Positions 1 through 8,592 of a DNA stretch of 64,000 nt are shown here, piece after piece. A program made the position numbers and the translations under genes. Under the pieces are notes generated by a model that was given only the letters and a program-made list of their open reading frames with translations, was not told the DNA's origin and did not search any database. Positions within the stretch are counted from its first letter, which is position 1, and each line of letters starts with the position of its first letter. This DNA comes from a virus: the IMG/VR virus record IMGVR_UViG_3300046804_003780. The stretch is one strand, 5' to 3'.

Positions 1-1927
1 GTACACGACCTTGTAATGCTACTGCAACAGGAAAGGCGCAATCAATTAAACTATTCATAACATACGCAGGTTCACTTGTAACTATTCCTGCAACCTTTTG
101 GCTCATTGGTAAATCACACACTGTGATTTCAAACATACCACCAAATTCTACGACTGTTCCTGAATCAATAATACTATCAGCGGAGTAATATTCAGCCAAA
201 TCAGCATAAGTTGATTGTAATAGTGAGCCAGCTGTGAGGATCCAATTACCTGTAATATTTCCACTCGTAGTGTTTGCTCCAGTTGTTAATGTTCTACCTG
301 TAAGTGTTCCACTGGATACATTAAGATTTCCTGCAACTACATTTCCTGCTATACTAAGAGCGTTAGCACTTAAGACTTTTGTATTTGAGTTATATGAAAG
401 AAAACTATCTGCAACTAAATTAGCGTTACCACTTGTTGTGTTTACAAACGGAATAAAATTTACTACATTAGCATTTGCAGTCGCAGTGATATTTGCAAAA
501 TAAGCTAGATTTGATACAGGAACTGCTCCTGTGATGTTACTACCATTTAAATTCGTAAGATTAGCACCACTACCAATGAAAAAGTTGGCTGTTACACTGT
601 TGCCTAATAAAGCTGTATTTGCTGTAAGATTGCCGGTAGCACTTATTAAACCTGCTGTGACTAAATTAGCTCCTTGTATATTTCCAACCGCACTTACAAT
701 GGAAGTATTTAAATTACCTGCTGTAATATTACCTGTAACACTTAAAACACCATTTGTTGCTATATTGGATGTAGCAAAAATCATTCCTGTTGCGCTTAAA
801 TTGCCTGTGTTAACCAAAGAAGCGTTTAAATTACCAACTGCACTTATAGCGCCAGATGTTAAAATATTTTGACCAACGATATTACCTGTTGCACTTATGA
901 TGCCTAAACTTAAAATACTTGAACCAGTTATATTGCCTGTGGCACTTAATAAACCAGATGTATTAAAATTTCCACCTGTAACATTACCAGTGGCTGATAT
1001 AGTATTTGCGACAGATAAATTACCTACATTTACAGCTCCTGTTATATTAGCATAACCAATAATGTTAGCACCTGATCCTGTTAATGTCATTACATTAGCA
1101 TTACCAGACGAACTTAAGTTTATATTTCCATTTGCTGTTGGTATACTTATATTTGATGTACCACTTGCCAGTCTACCAACAAAGTTAGTTGCAATTATAT
1201 TGCCTGCAGCACTTATGTTTGAGTTTGACGTAATGTTTGCATTACTTGAAATAATACCATTTGCTGCTATAGTGCCGGTATTAATAAAATTTAAACCTGT
1301 AACATTACCAGTAGCGGATATAGCACCTGTGACTATTAGGGTGTTGCCGTTAAAAGTTAAATTTGATGTTGCATCAACATTACCTAAATTATTAAATAAA
1401 ACTTGATTATTACTACCAGGTGCTGACATGTATGTTGCACTAAAGTTTAAGGTATTAAAATTATTTGCTACTAAACTGTTTGATCTTATTGTTCCAACTA
1501 CTGACAAATTAGCTAAGTTACCAATTGAAGTTATGTTAGGTTGAGAACTTGAATTTGCTCCAAAAACTCCTTGAAGATTGCCTGTTGCAGTTATATTTCC
1601 TGTACTTATTGAATTTGATAGATTTAAAACAAACGGAGTCGTGCCTGAATTTATAGTCGCAACGTTTGTGGTCGCTGTTGTGACACCTATGCGAAAATTA
1701 GCGTCAGTTTGTATAGTAATATTTGCTATTCTGTTTGTAACTGTAACGTTTCCGGTGTTGACATTTAAAGAAATACCCGCACCCTCTAAAACCTGTGACA
1801 CACCAGTTTGGTATTGAACAGAGAATAGTTCATTAAAGTTATTTTGGACTTTCTGAAATGCTACTCGTATAGCATCACTATCAGGATCGTTTGGATATGC
1901 ACCGAAGTCAATTGTTTCTTGAGCCAT
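1..1927 (-). CDS. Tail fibre/baseplate-attached fibre protein with C-terminal intramolecular-chaperone (Peptidase G2-like) domain; 3'-partial
   Basis: Absent from the ORF track because it runs off the window. Hand translation from ATG 1927 gives MAQETIDFGAYPNDPDSDAIRVAFQKVQNNFNELF (T4 gp9/gp10-type N-terminal motif), then a GNIT/ANL beta-repeat shaft, then QSTYADLAEYYSAD...GTVVEFGG..EIT...VAGIVTSEPAYVMN...VALQGRV at the left edge. Confidence 0.8.
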   Translation of the reverse strand, partial: MAQETIDFGAYPNDPDSDAIRVAFQKVQNNFNELFSVQYQTGVSQVLEGAGISLNVNTGNVTVTNRIANITIQTDANFRIGVTTATTNVATINSGTTPFVLNLSNSISTGNITATGNLQGVFGANSSSQPNITSIGNLANLSVVGTIRSNSLVANNFNTLNFSATYMSAPGSNNQVLFNNLGNVDATSNLTFNGNTLIVTGAISATGNVTGLNFINTGTIAANGIISSNANITSNSNISAAGNIIATNFVGRLASGTSNISIPTANGNINLSSSGNANVMTLTGSGANIIGYANITGAVNVGNLSVANTISATGNVTGGNFNTSGLLSATGNITGSSILSLGIISATGNIVGQNILTSGAISAVGNLNASLVNTGNLSATGMIFATSNIATNGVLSVTGNITAGNLNTSIVSAVGNIQGANLVTAGLISATGNLTANTALLGNSVTANFFIGSGANLTNLNGSNITGAVPVSNLAYFANITATANANVVNFIPFVNTTSGNANLVADSFLSYNSNTKVLSANALSIAGNVVAGNLNVSSGTLTGRTLTTGANTTSGNITGNWILTAGSLLQSTYADLAEYYSADSIIDSGTVVEFGGMFEITVCDLPMSQKVAGIVTSEPAYVMNSLIDCAFPVAVALQGRV

Positions 1928-1981
1928 TTTAAATTTCTACCTTTATAGAGTATTTATCGCAAATTAGCAAAGGATATGCCC

Positions 1982-2009
1982 AAAAAAATAGCCCGGCTAA
2001 CCGAGCTAT
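1982..2009 (-). terminator. Rho-independent terminator after the 1737-aa gene
   Basis: Minus strand ATAGCTCGG-TTAG-CCGGGCTAT followed by a T run. Confidence 0.85.
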
Positions 2010-2026
2010 ACTAAAGCGTGGTTTTA

Positions 2027-5000
2027 TTACTTTATACCACTTAATTTTTTCCACTGATTTAACATTTCTTCACTTTCAGTCATTTTAACTGCAGTGTATG
2101 GTAATGTAGTTTGATCACGTTTTTCCTTGTTTAGTCCACCTGCAAGTGTTTTAATCAAGTACTTTATATCTTGCATTGAAGTATCATCTGCACCATTTGC
2201 TAATTCTTCTTCAATAGGACGTGCGCTCTCAAGATTTTCATTTTTTTGATCTTTTTGTCTTTCCTTATCGTTTGAATCAGCTTTTACAAAAGTTGTAGTA
2301 GGATCATCTTTACCTGGAGTAAAGGTTGTTCTTACACGATAGCCAGGAGCTGGTACATATTCCGTTTTTCCGTTTGATGAATAAATATGTCCTTTAGGAT
2401 CAGCGTATGTGCCTTCAGCTTCATTCATTCCATGCCCACATTCTCCTTCATACATACCACATTCTTGACACATTCCTTCAGTCATTTCTTCATTGTATTC
2501 TTTTACAAATCTGATACGACCTTGATCATCAACTGAAGATTGCTGGGACCCTGCTGTTGGGCCTTTGTATTGTAAACGACCCTTATCATCGACAGACGAA
2601 CGTTGTGGTCCGGCTGTATCTCCCTTAAATTGTAAACGACCTTTGTCATCAACTGATGATTGTTGAGGCCTGTCTGTGTCTTTAAACTGTAAACGACCTT
2701 TGTCATCAACGGATGAACGTTGTGGACTAGGATTCTTTGGGTCTCTCATATAGTGAATACGATCTTGATCGTCTACTGAACTTGAGTTAGGTCTATCCGT
2801 ATCTTTAAATTGTAATCTACCTCTATCATCTACCGAAGATTTCTGTGGACTAGGATTCTTTGGATCTCTCATATAATGAATACGATCTTGATCATCAACA
2901 TATGACGATATTTCACGTTCCTCATTTACTTTTTCTTCTTCATGATCTTCATCATTAGAGCCTTCTTCAGCCTCATCCTTCTCCTCGTTTTCATCTTGTT
3001 CCTCTTCTTCGTAATCTTCTGAGTCATGCTCATCATGCTCTGGCTCTACTTCCATGCTATTAGCATGGTCTTCGTCCTCAATATTTAAACCAGTTAGTTT
3101 TTTCATTAATGATAAAATATCGTCTGAGCCTGATCCTTCAGAATCTCCTGATATAGGTGCTCCGTATGCAGACAACATTTGTTCAGGTTCAACAGCCATA
3201 ACAGACGATTCAGGGCTTGAACCAACAGAATCTATTCCTGCATTTTTAAGTAGCGCCATTATTTCTCCTGCATGTTCGCCACTCGCAGTAATGCTTACAC
3301 TGTTTTCTGTATCATTATCACCTTGAGTTGTAGTGACAGTTAAACTTTCATTTATCATTTTTTCTAGTTGATTATCCCATAATGAGAAGTCTAAATTTTC
3401 TTTCATAGATTCTTTTCCTTTAGATGGTTTGTTGATATCGACGGCATTAGGATACACTGGTTCACTTATGCTCAAGCCCTTTGGAGGCGTAACCATCTTA
3501 CCCGTTTTAGGATCTCTGTATGGTTTTTCTCTATCTGTTATGCTTTCTGGTGGTTCTTTGCTCATCGGTGATAAATTTTTTATTTTTTCAACTTTAGGCT
3601 CATCAGTGTCAAATTTAGGTATTTTTGCTGGATTATATCCACTACTACCTGGCTTTCCACCTGAACCATCAGACCATTTGCGAGAATCCCATGCATCTTT
3701 TTTACTTTGTTCGTAATCATTATATGCATCTATTCCTTTGTTGGCAAATTTTTTCAACGTGTTTAATACGCCTGAATCTGATTGTGGTTCATTATCACCG
3801 TACAATCTTGATGCACCTGGTCCGTCTTCATCTACTTTTTTGTCACTATATCTGTTATGTTTGGCTCTAATTCTATCCATTTCTTTTTCGCTAGCACCGT
3901 CTTTTCCCGCCTGAGCTAATTCTTTCATTCCTGGACCATATTTCTTCCATCCTTTAGCATGTTGACTCATGGCTTCGTCAACTTCTTCAGATTCTTTAAC
4001 AGGAAAAGTTTCGCCACCTAATTTAAAGCTTTCATCACCTGATGCTTTAGCCTGTCTCGCAGCATAAGTGAATGGATTTTCTTCTAATGGTTCTTCTACT
4101 ACCGTTTGAGACATCATAGGAGATTCGCCCATTAATTTGTCTTTACCTTTGTAACGATGAATTTCTAAAGCATCACGTAAATTGTCGCCCATATGACCTG
4201 TTGCTTTAAATTCAGCTATTTCCTGCTGTAATCCTTCAAGCATTTCTTCAATGCTCATCTGTGTTTCACGCATCATTTCTGCGAAATTAACACCTTCTTT
4301 TAGTTTACCTGCTTTTTTGGCTGCTGCAATACGACTACCTTGATATTCATCTTTACCTGATTCAATCTTGCCGTCACCATCGTAATCTTTTTTAGCTTTT
4401 TCTGCTTCGCTTACTTTTTTCTTAGCTCTTAGTTTAGCAAAATCCTTCGCATCTAATTTACCTTTTGGTTCTGCAACGTCAAGATTTTTTTGTCCACCCT
4501 TTAATGCTTCTTTTACATTTGCTGAACTAACTGATTTACCTGCTGCTTTCATGTTAGCGTCATATTCACTCTTACTAACAGGTTTTTTATTAACTGTATA
4601 GTTTTCTTCTTTAATCTTCTTAGCGATTTCATGACCCTTCTTAACTACACTCTTTGGAAGATCAGTTGCTGGTTTTGAACCATAGCCAGCTTGCTTTTTA
4701 GCAGCAGCCATTCCAATAGCATATTTGTTTTTAACTTTTTCTTCAAGATTGAATTTTTGCTTTATATCATCTTTTCTAGTTTCAATATCTTGTTTGTGCA
4801 TCTTACCTGCTTTTGTAATTCTTGCTTTGAATTTATGTTTTAAATCATCATAACCGCTATAATCATGACCAGGACGACCAAAGTGCATTTTCTCTTCACC
4901 TGCTTCAACTTGATCAGCAATCTTATCTCCAAATTCAATTCTAATTTGATTTAAAATTTCTGGGGCTTCATCATAGTCATCGTAATCTAAGCTATTTGGA

Positions 5001-7240
5001 TCGGTAGCTGATTCAAAATCGCTAATTAATTCTTTTAATCTAGCTTTTTTTCTTGGATCCATACCTTCAATTATAGATTGCACTTCATATGATTCATTAA
5101 TAGATTGCTCTGTATACTCCACCCAATCTTTTAGCGTATGCTTTTTACTTGGTAAGTTTGATTTACCTTTAGGTGCTTTGCCACCAATGATATGTTTGGC
5201 TGCATCATCTGCACCTTTATATTTACCAGCCTCTACATTACTATCTTTCTTAGGGCGACCGCGGCCTTTTTTCTCTGCTGGCTCGGCTTTGGCTTTAGTT
5301 TTCTCGTCACCTTCTTCGTCAGTGTCGTATTCTTTGCCATACTTACCAGTATGTTTTTTGCCTTTAATATCGGCCATTTTTGCTGCTTCATCTAATAATG
5401 CAAGCATTTGTCTCATGTCTAAGTTCATAGTTGACTCCACAATTTCTTTTTTACTAATATTTGCTAAATTTACGATGCGATTTAATGATTCATTGACTGG
5501 TGCCATTCTTCTTCTATCTTGAAAGTTTGGATCTCTGTCACGATTCATTCTGTCTTGTAATCTATCACGCAATCTAGTTGCCCTATCGTCAGGTTCCGAT
5601 TTTCTTTCTGCTGGAGGAGGTGCATAATTTGTTGTGTCATCCCTTCCACTAGCAGCAGGACCTCTATCTACATCACTGTCAGTTTTTCTTGTCCTAGTGT
5701 CTGTTCCAGTTTTTTCTGTATCTCTAGGTAATTCGTTTCTATCACCCTTATCAAATTTAGGGTAAGCAATTTTTTCATCACCGTAATTAATTAAATCACC
5801 TTTGTCCGAATCAGCTCTTCCTTCTCCATCCTGTGATTTTTTTTCAGGTTCTGGCTTAGGTTCTGCTTTTTTAGCTTCTGGTTCTCTAGCTGGTTCTGGA
5901 TCTGGTTCTTTTGAGGGTTCAGGTTCCTTGGAAGGCTCAGGAGTGGTAAATAAATTTTTCAATAATCTTTTTAATAAATCATCTTCATCTTCTTCTGGTT
6001 CAGGCTCAGGAACTGCTTGCGTAGTTTGTTTAGTTTCTTTATCATCTACCTTGTCTGCTTCTGCTTCCTCTTCCTCATCATCATCTTCAACTTCCCAAGA
6101 ACTAGGTTCATTTGTGGTCATTACTGGTGAATCTTTTTTTGGCTCCTCTGCCTTTTTAGCTGCTTCTTTTTCAACTGGTTGCTTCTTTTCTGGTTTAACC
6201 GGTTCTGGTTTAGCTGTAACTACTACAGGAGGTAATGATTTATCACTATCAACTTCACTGTCATTTGACATTGTTGCAGTCATGGCTTTATTATCAGGAG
6301 TTGTTGCTGCAGCAGCATCAGTTGCCATTAATGATCCAGGATCAATTAAATTTACAGTCATTGGTTTATCTGAATCGCCGCGTTGCGCAAATTGTGATTT
6401 CTCTGCTCCTGATTTTTTCTCATCAGGTTGTATACCTGCTAAAAGCGCAAGTAAGGCTGCATGACCACCTACACTTGTAGCTAATGCTTTTTTATCTTGT
6501 GGTGTTAATGCGCTCTTTATACCACCTGGCACAGCTGCCAAATCTTTTAATGCACTCGGTTCAGGAGGAGGATCATATTTTCCTGTTTTTGAATTCCATT
6601 TGTATCCAGCTGGAATAGGATCACCACTAAGTGTAGTTCTTTGTGTGGGTGCTGAAGGTTCTTGTGATGTTGGTTCTGCTTTAGCTGGTTCTCCCTTATC
6701 TTTTTCAGCTTTTTTTGGTTCAGACTTTCTTGGCTTAAAACCACCACTTACACTTCCTGGTTCTTGTTTAAATCCTTGACCTTTTAAAAGTTGTTCTGCT
6801 TTTTCTTGTGGAGTTAATTGTTTAGGTTGTGTTTTTGTTTTACCTACAATCGGATAATCCGTGTCGAGTTTATAATCTGTTTTTTTGACTGGTTCTTTAT
6901 CTGGGCTAGTTTTTTTATCGGCTTGTGCCTTTCTTTGCACAGCTGGAACACGACTTATTTCTGGGCTTGGTCGTACTAATTCAGGTGGTGTATCAACACG
7001 TTTAATAACTGGTTCTTGTTGTGCCTTAGAAGGTTTTACTTGTGTTGGTGTTTTTAATATTTGTGGAGCTAATTCTCTAGCTGATTGCGGTGTCATTGAA
7101 GGCGCCCTACCCCCACTACCACCTATGTATCCACCAGCACGGCCGCCACCTCCCATTTCAGGACCTGAACGACCACGATTGATCATATCCATCGGATCAG
7201 TCCATTCAGTTATCTTTTTCGTGATATCTTTTGATTTCAT
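2027..7240 (-). CDS. Large charged low-complexity protein, probable capsid-internal polyprotein
   Basis: 1737-aa ORF, K/E/D/P-rich, many [LIVM]xE motifs, internal SSVDDxGR repeats, ends WKKLSGIK; last gene of a late operon, followed by a terminator. Confidence 0.6.
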   Translation of the reverse strand: MKSKDITKKITEWTDPMDMINRGRSGPEMGGGGRAGGYIGGSGGRAPSMTPQSARELAPQILKTPTQVKPSKAQQEPVIKRVDTPPELVRPSPEISRVPAVQRKAQADKKTSPDKEPVKKTDYKLDTDYPIVGKTKTQPKQLTPQEKAEQLLKGQGFKQEPGSVSGGFKPRKSEPKKAEKDKGEPAKAEPTSQEPSAPTQRTTLSGDPIPAGYKWNSKTGKYDPPPEPSALKDLAAVPGGIKSALTPQDKKALATSVGGHAALLALLAGIQPDEKKSGAEKSQFAQRGDSDKPMTVNLIDPGSLMATDAAAATTPDNKAMTATMSNDSEVDSDKSLPPVVVTAKPEPVKPEKKQPVEKEAAKKAEEPKKDSPVMTTNEPSSWEVEDDDEEEEAEADKVDDKETKQTTQAVPEPEPEEDEDDLLKRLLKNLFTTPEPSKEPEPSKEPDPEPAREPEAKKAEPKPEPEKKSQDGEGRADSDKGDLINYGDEKIAYPKFDKGDRNELPRDTEKTGTDTRTRKTDSDVDRGPAASGRDDTTNYAPPPAERKSEPDDRATRLRDRLQDRMNRDRDPNFQDRRRMAPVNESLNRIVNLANISKKEIVESTMNLDMRQMLALLDEAAKMADIKGKKHTGKYGKEYDTDEEGDEKTKAKAEPAEKKGRGRPKKDSNVEAGKYKGADDAAKHIIGGKAPKGKSNLPSKKHTLKDWVEYTEQSINESYEVQSIIEGMDPRKKARLKELISDFESATDPNSLDYDDYDEAPEILNQIRIEFGDKIADQVEAGEEKMHFGRPGHDYSGYDDLKHKFKARITKAGKMHKQDIETRKDDIKQKFNLEEKVKNKYAIGMAAAKKQAGYGSKPATDLPKSVVKKGHEIAKKIKEENYTVNKKPVSKSEYDANMKAAGKSVSSANVKEALKGGQKNLDVAEPKGKLDAKDFAKLRAKKKVSEAEKAKKDYDGDGKIESGKDEYQGSRIAAAKKAGKLKEGVNFAEMMRETQMSIEEMLEGLQQEIAEFKATGHMGDNLRDALEIHRYKGKDKLMGESPMMSQTVVEEPLEENPFTYAARQAKASGDESFKLGGETFPVKESEEVDEAMSQHAKGWKKYGPGMKELAQAGKDGASEKEMDRIRAKHNRYSDKKVDEDGPGASRLYGDNEPQSDSGVLNTLKKFANKGIDAYNDYEQSKKDAWDSRKWSDGSGGKPGSSGYNPAKIPKFDTDEPKVEKIKNLSPMSKEPPESITDREKPYRDPKTGKMVTPPKGLSISEPVYPNAVDINKPSKGKESMKENLDFSLWDNQLEKMINESLTVTTTQGDNDTENSVSITASGEHAGEIMALLKNAGIDSVGSSPESSVMAVEPEQMLSAYGAPISGDSEGSGSDDILSLMKKLTGLNIEDEDHANSMEVEPEHDEHDSEDYEEEEQDENEEKDEAEEGSNDEDHEEEKVNEEREISSYVDDQDRIHYMRDPKNPSPQKSSVDDRGRLQFKDTDRPNSSSVDDQDRIHYMRDPKNPSPQRSSVDDKGRLQFKDTDRPQQSSVDDKGRLQFKGDTAGPQRSSVDDKGRLQYKGPTAGSQQSSVDDQGRIRFVKEYNEEMTEGMCQECGMYEGECGHGMNEAEGTYADPKGHIYSSNGKTEYVPAPGYRVRTTFTPGKDDPTTTFVKADSNDKERQKDQKNENLESARPIEEELANGADDTSMQDIKYLIKTLAGGLNKEKRDQTTLPYTAVKMTESEEMLNQWKKLSGIK
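2505..2910 (-). repeat. Seven coding tandem repeats (19-23 aa) with core S-V-D-D-x-(G/D)-R-(L/I)-x-(F/Y)
   Basis: SSYVDDQDRIHYMRDPKNPSPQK / SSVDDRGRLQFKDTDRPNS / SSVDDQDRIHYMRDPKNPSPQR / SSVDDKGRLQFKDTDRPQQ / SSVDDKGRLQFKGDTAGPQR / SSVDDKGRLQYKGPTAGSQQ / SSVDDQGRIRF. Confidence 0.95.
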
Positions 7241-7452
7241 TTTCTACTCAAATCAATCTTATTTTCTATACGATCTAACTGCTGTTGCAATGAACTTAGC
7301 TTTTCATTCATTGCTTCTGCCCTTGCATTGGATACTTCAATTTTTTTATCTAATTCACCTACAGTAGAAGTCATAGTAAGGTAGCCACCGCCTCCTAAGC
7401 TACATGCTCCAACTACTATCCATGTTAATTGACTTGTGCTAAAATCGATCAT
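7237..7452 (-). CDS. Small membrane-anchored coiled-coil protein
   Basis: N-terminal hydrophobic segment (LTWIVVGACSLGGGGYL) then a heptad-rich tail ending LDRIENKID; 4-nt overlaps with both neighbours. Confidence 0.6.
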   Translation of the reverse strand: MIDFSTSQLTWIVVGACSLGGGGYLTMTSTVGELDKKIEVSNARAEAMNEKLSSLQQQLDRIENKIDLSRK

Positions 7453-8051
7453 TTGTTAAAACTAGCTCCTGTTTTAGGTTTAGGCTGTCTAGTAACATGT
7501 GTCATTGGACTCTTTGTTTGAATGCCCTCTTTAGTTTTGTTAGGAGCAGATGTTGTTTTTCCTGCACTGTATTCATACTCAAATGTTGGTTTCTTAGGTA
7601 CAACTTTGTCAAGATATTGATTAGCATAATCTTTGCTTGCTTGTTTACCATCATCTTCTAATTCTGTGTGCAATAGAAGTGGACTATGGCTTGCTTCATT
7701 AGCGTATTGGTCGACCTCATGGTTAATGCTGTCATTATAGTCAGTGGTAATTAGTCGTACTTGATTAACATTTTTCCCCATTAATTGAATCATTTGCTGA
7801 ATCATTGGTTCTGTAGCTGGATACTTAAACTCACATTTAATTATAGTTACTGGTTCGTTTTCTACATCAGGAAATCCATATGGATTCTTTTGAATAGGCG
7901 TAGTTTTAGGATCCTCAATTTTTACTGGATCAAACTTTTTTAGGTTCATACGTAGTAGGTCTAAAAACTTACTATCTACGTCTCCTGCTATTTTTAGCGT
8001 GTAACGATATGTACGCACACTTTCTACTAAGTATTGGCGAAAGGTTTTCAT
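7449..8051 (-). CDS. Hypothetical virion/head protein with T4 capsid-targeting-like N-terminus
   Basis: Starts MKTFRQYLVE-S (compare T4 internal protein MKTYQEFIAE); late promoter at 8071. Confidence 0.55.
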   Translation of the reverse strand: MKTFRQYLVESVRTYRYTLKIAGDVDSKFLDLLRMNLKKFDPVKIEDPKTTPIQKNPYGFPDVENEPVTIIKCEFKYPATEPMIQQMIQLMGKNVNQVRLITTDYNDSINHEVDQYANEASHSPLLLHTELEDDGKQASKDYANQYLDKVVPKKPTFEYEYSAGKTTSAPNKTKEGIQTKSPMTHVTRQPKPKTGASFNK

Positions 8052-8069
8052 GGTTCAATTCCTATAGTA

Positions 8070-8564
8070 TTATTTATCATTATTTCCGTTTTTGCTAGCA
8101 ATTAAGGATTTGAGTAGTTCATTACGATCTAATAAAGTAGAGCCATTACCTTGGGGAATACTTTCAATTTCCTTAGTTTTTTCATTCAACTTTGCATCAA
8201 GTGCAGCTTTCTTCAACTGCAATTCTATCATTTTTATCTTTTTGTTGACTTTAGCAGTTTTTGCAGTAATAGCATGTCCTAACATAGTTCCAGCTGTGCT
8301 AAAAATTTCCGCTGCAAATCTACTATCTACTTGCATCCCTAATTCCATTAAATCTTCGTAACTATTTTTAGCTAGATTTGCCAATTCATCCATTTCAGTG
8401 TCACTGGCTTCAAGACCACGGACCTGTGGTAATGCATTTTCTATTTTTTCAAGATTGCTATATGTTTGATTTGTTATTTCTTGTGGAACAGGAATTAGGT
8501 GTTCTGCTTCTAATTCATCTGAATCCGTTGGAAGGTCGAATAGTTCGCTTAATTTTTTTGTCAT
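8070..8564 (-). CDS. Probable terminase small subunit (gp16-like)
   Basis: 164 aa, helical, central SRFAAEIFSTAGTML helix followed by a coiled coil and C-terminal LLDRNELLKSL; size and pattern fit gp16-type proteins; late promoter upstream. Confidence 0.5.
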   Translation of the reverse strand: MTKKLSELFDLPTDSDELEAEHLIPVPQEITNQTYSNLEKIENALPQVRGLEASDTEMDELANLAKNSYEDLMELGMQVDSRFAAEIFSTAGTMLGHAITAKTAKVNKKIKMIELQLKKAALDAKLNEKTKEIESIPQGNGSTLLDRNELLKSLIASKNGNNDK

Positions 8565-8592
8565 ACTCTTATATTATAATGATAGTATTTAT

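Noticed and set aside
234-1817. Plus-strand ORFs rich in LPVTL/FAV
   Set aside because: Antisense shadows of the minus-strand fibre gene; no RBS or promoter support
2505-2910. Approximately 60-bp periodic repeats resembling a CRISPR array
   Set aside because: In-frame coding repeats with synonymous divergence, repeated inter-repeat segments, and no cas genes
3054-7367. Ser/Phe/Leu-rich plus-strand ORFs
   Set aside because: Reverse-frame readouts of the Glu/Lys-rich 1737-aa gene
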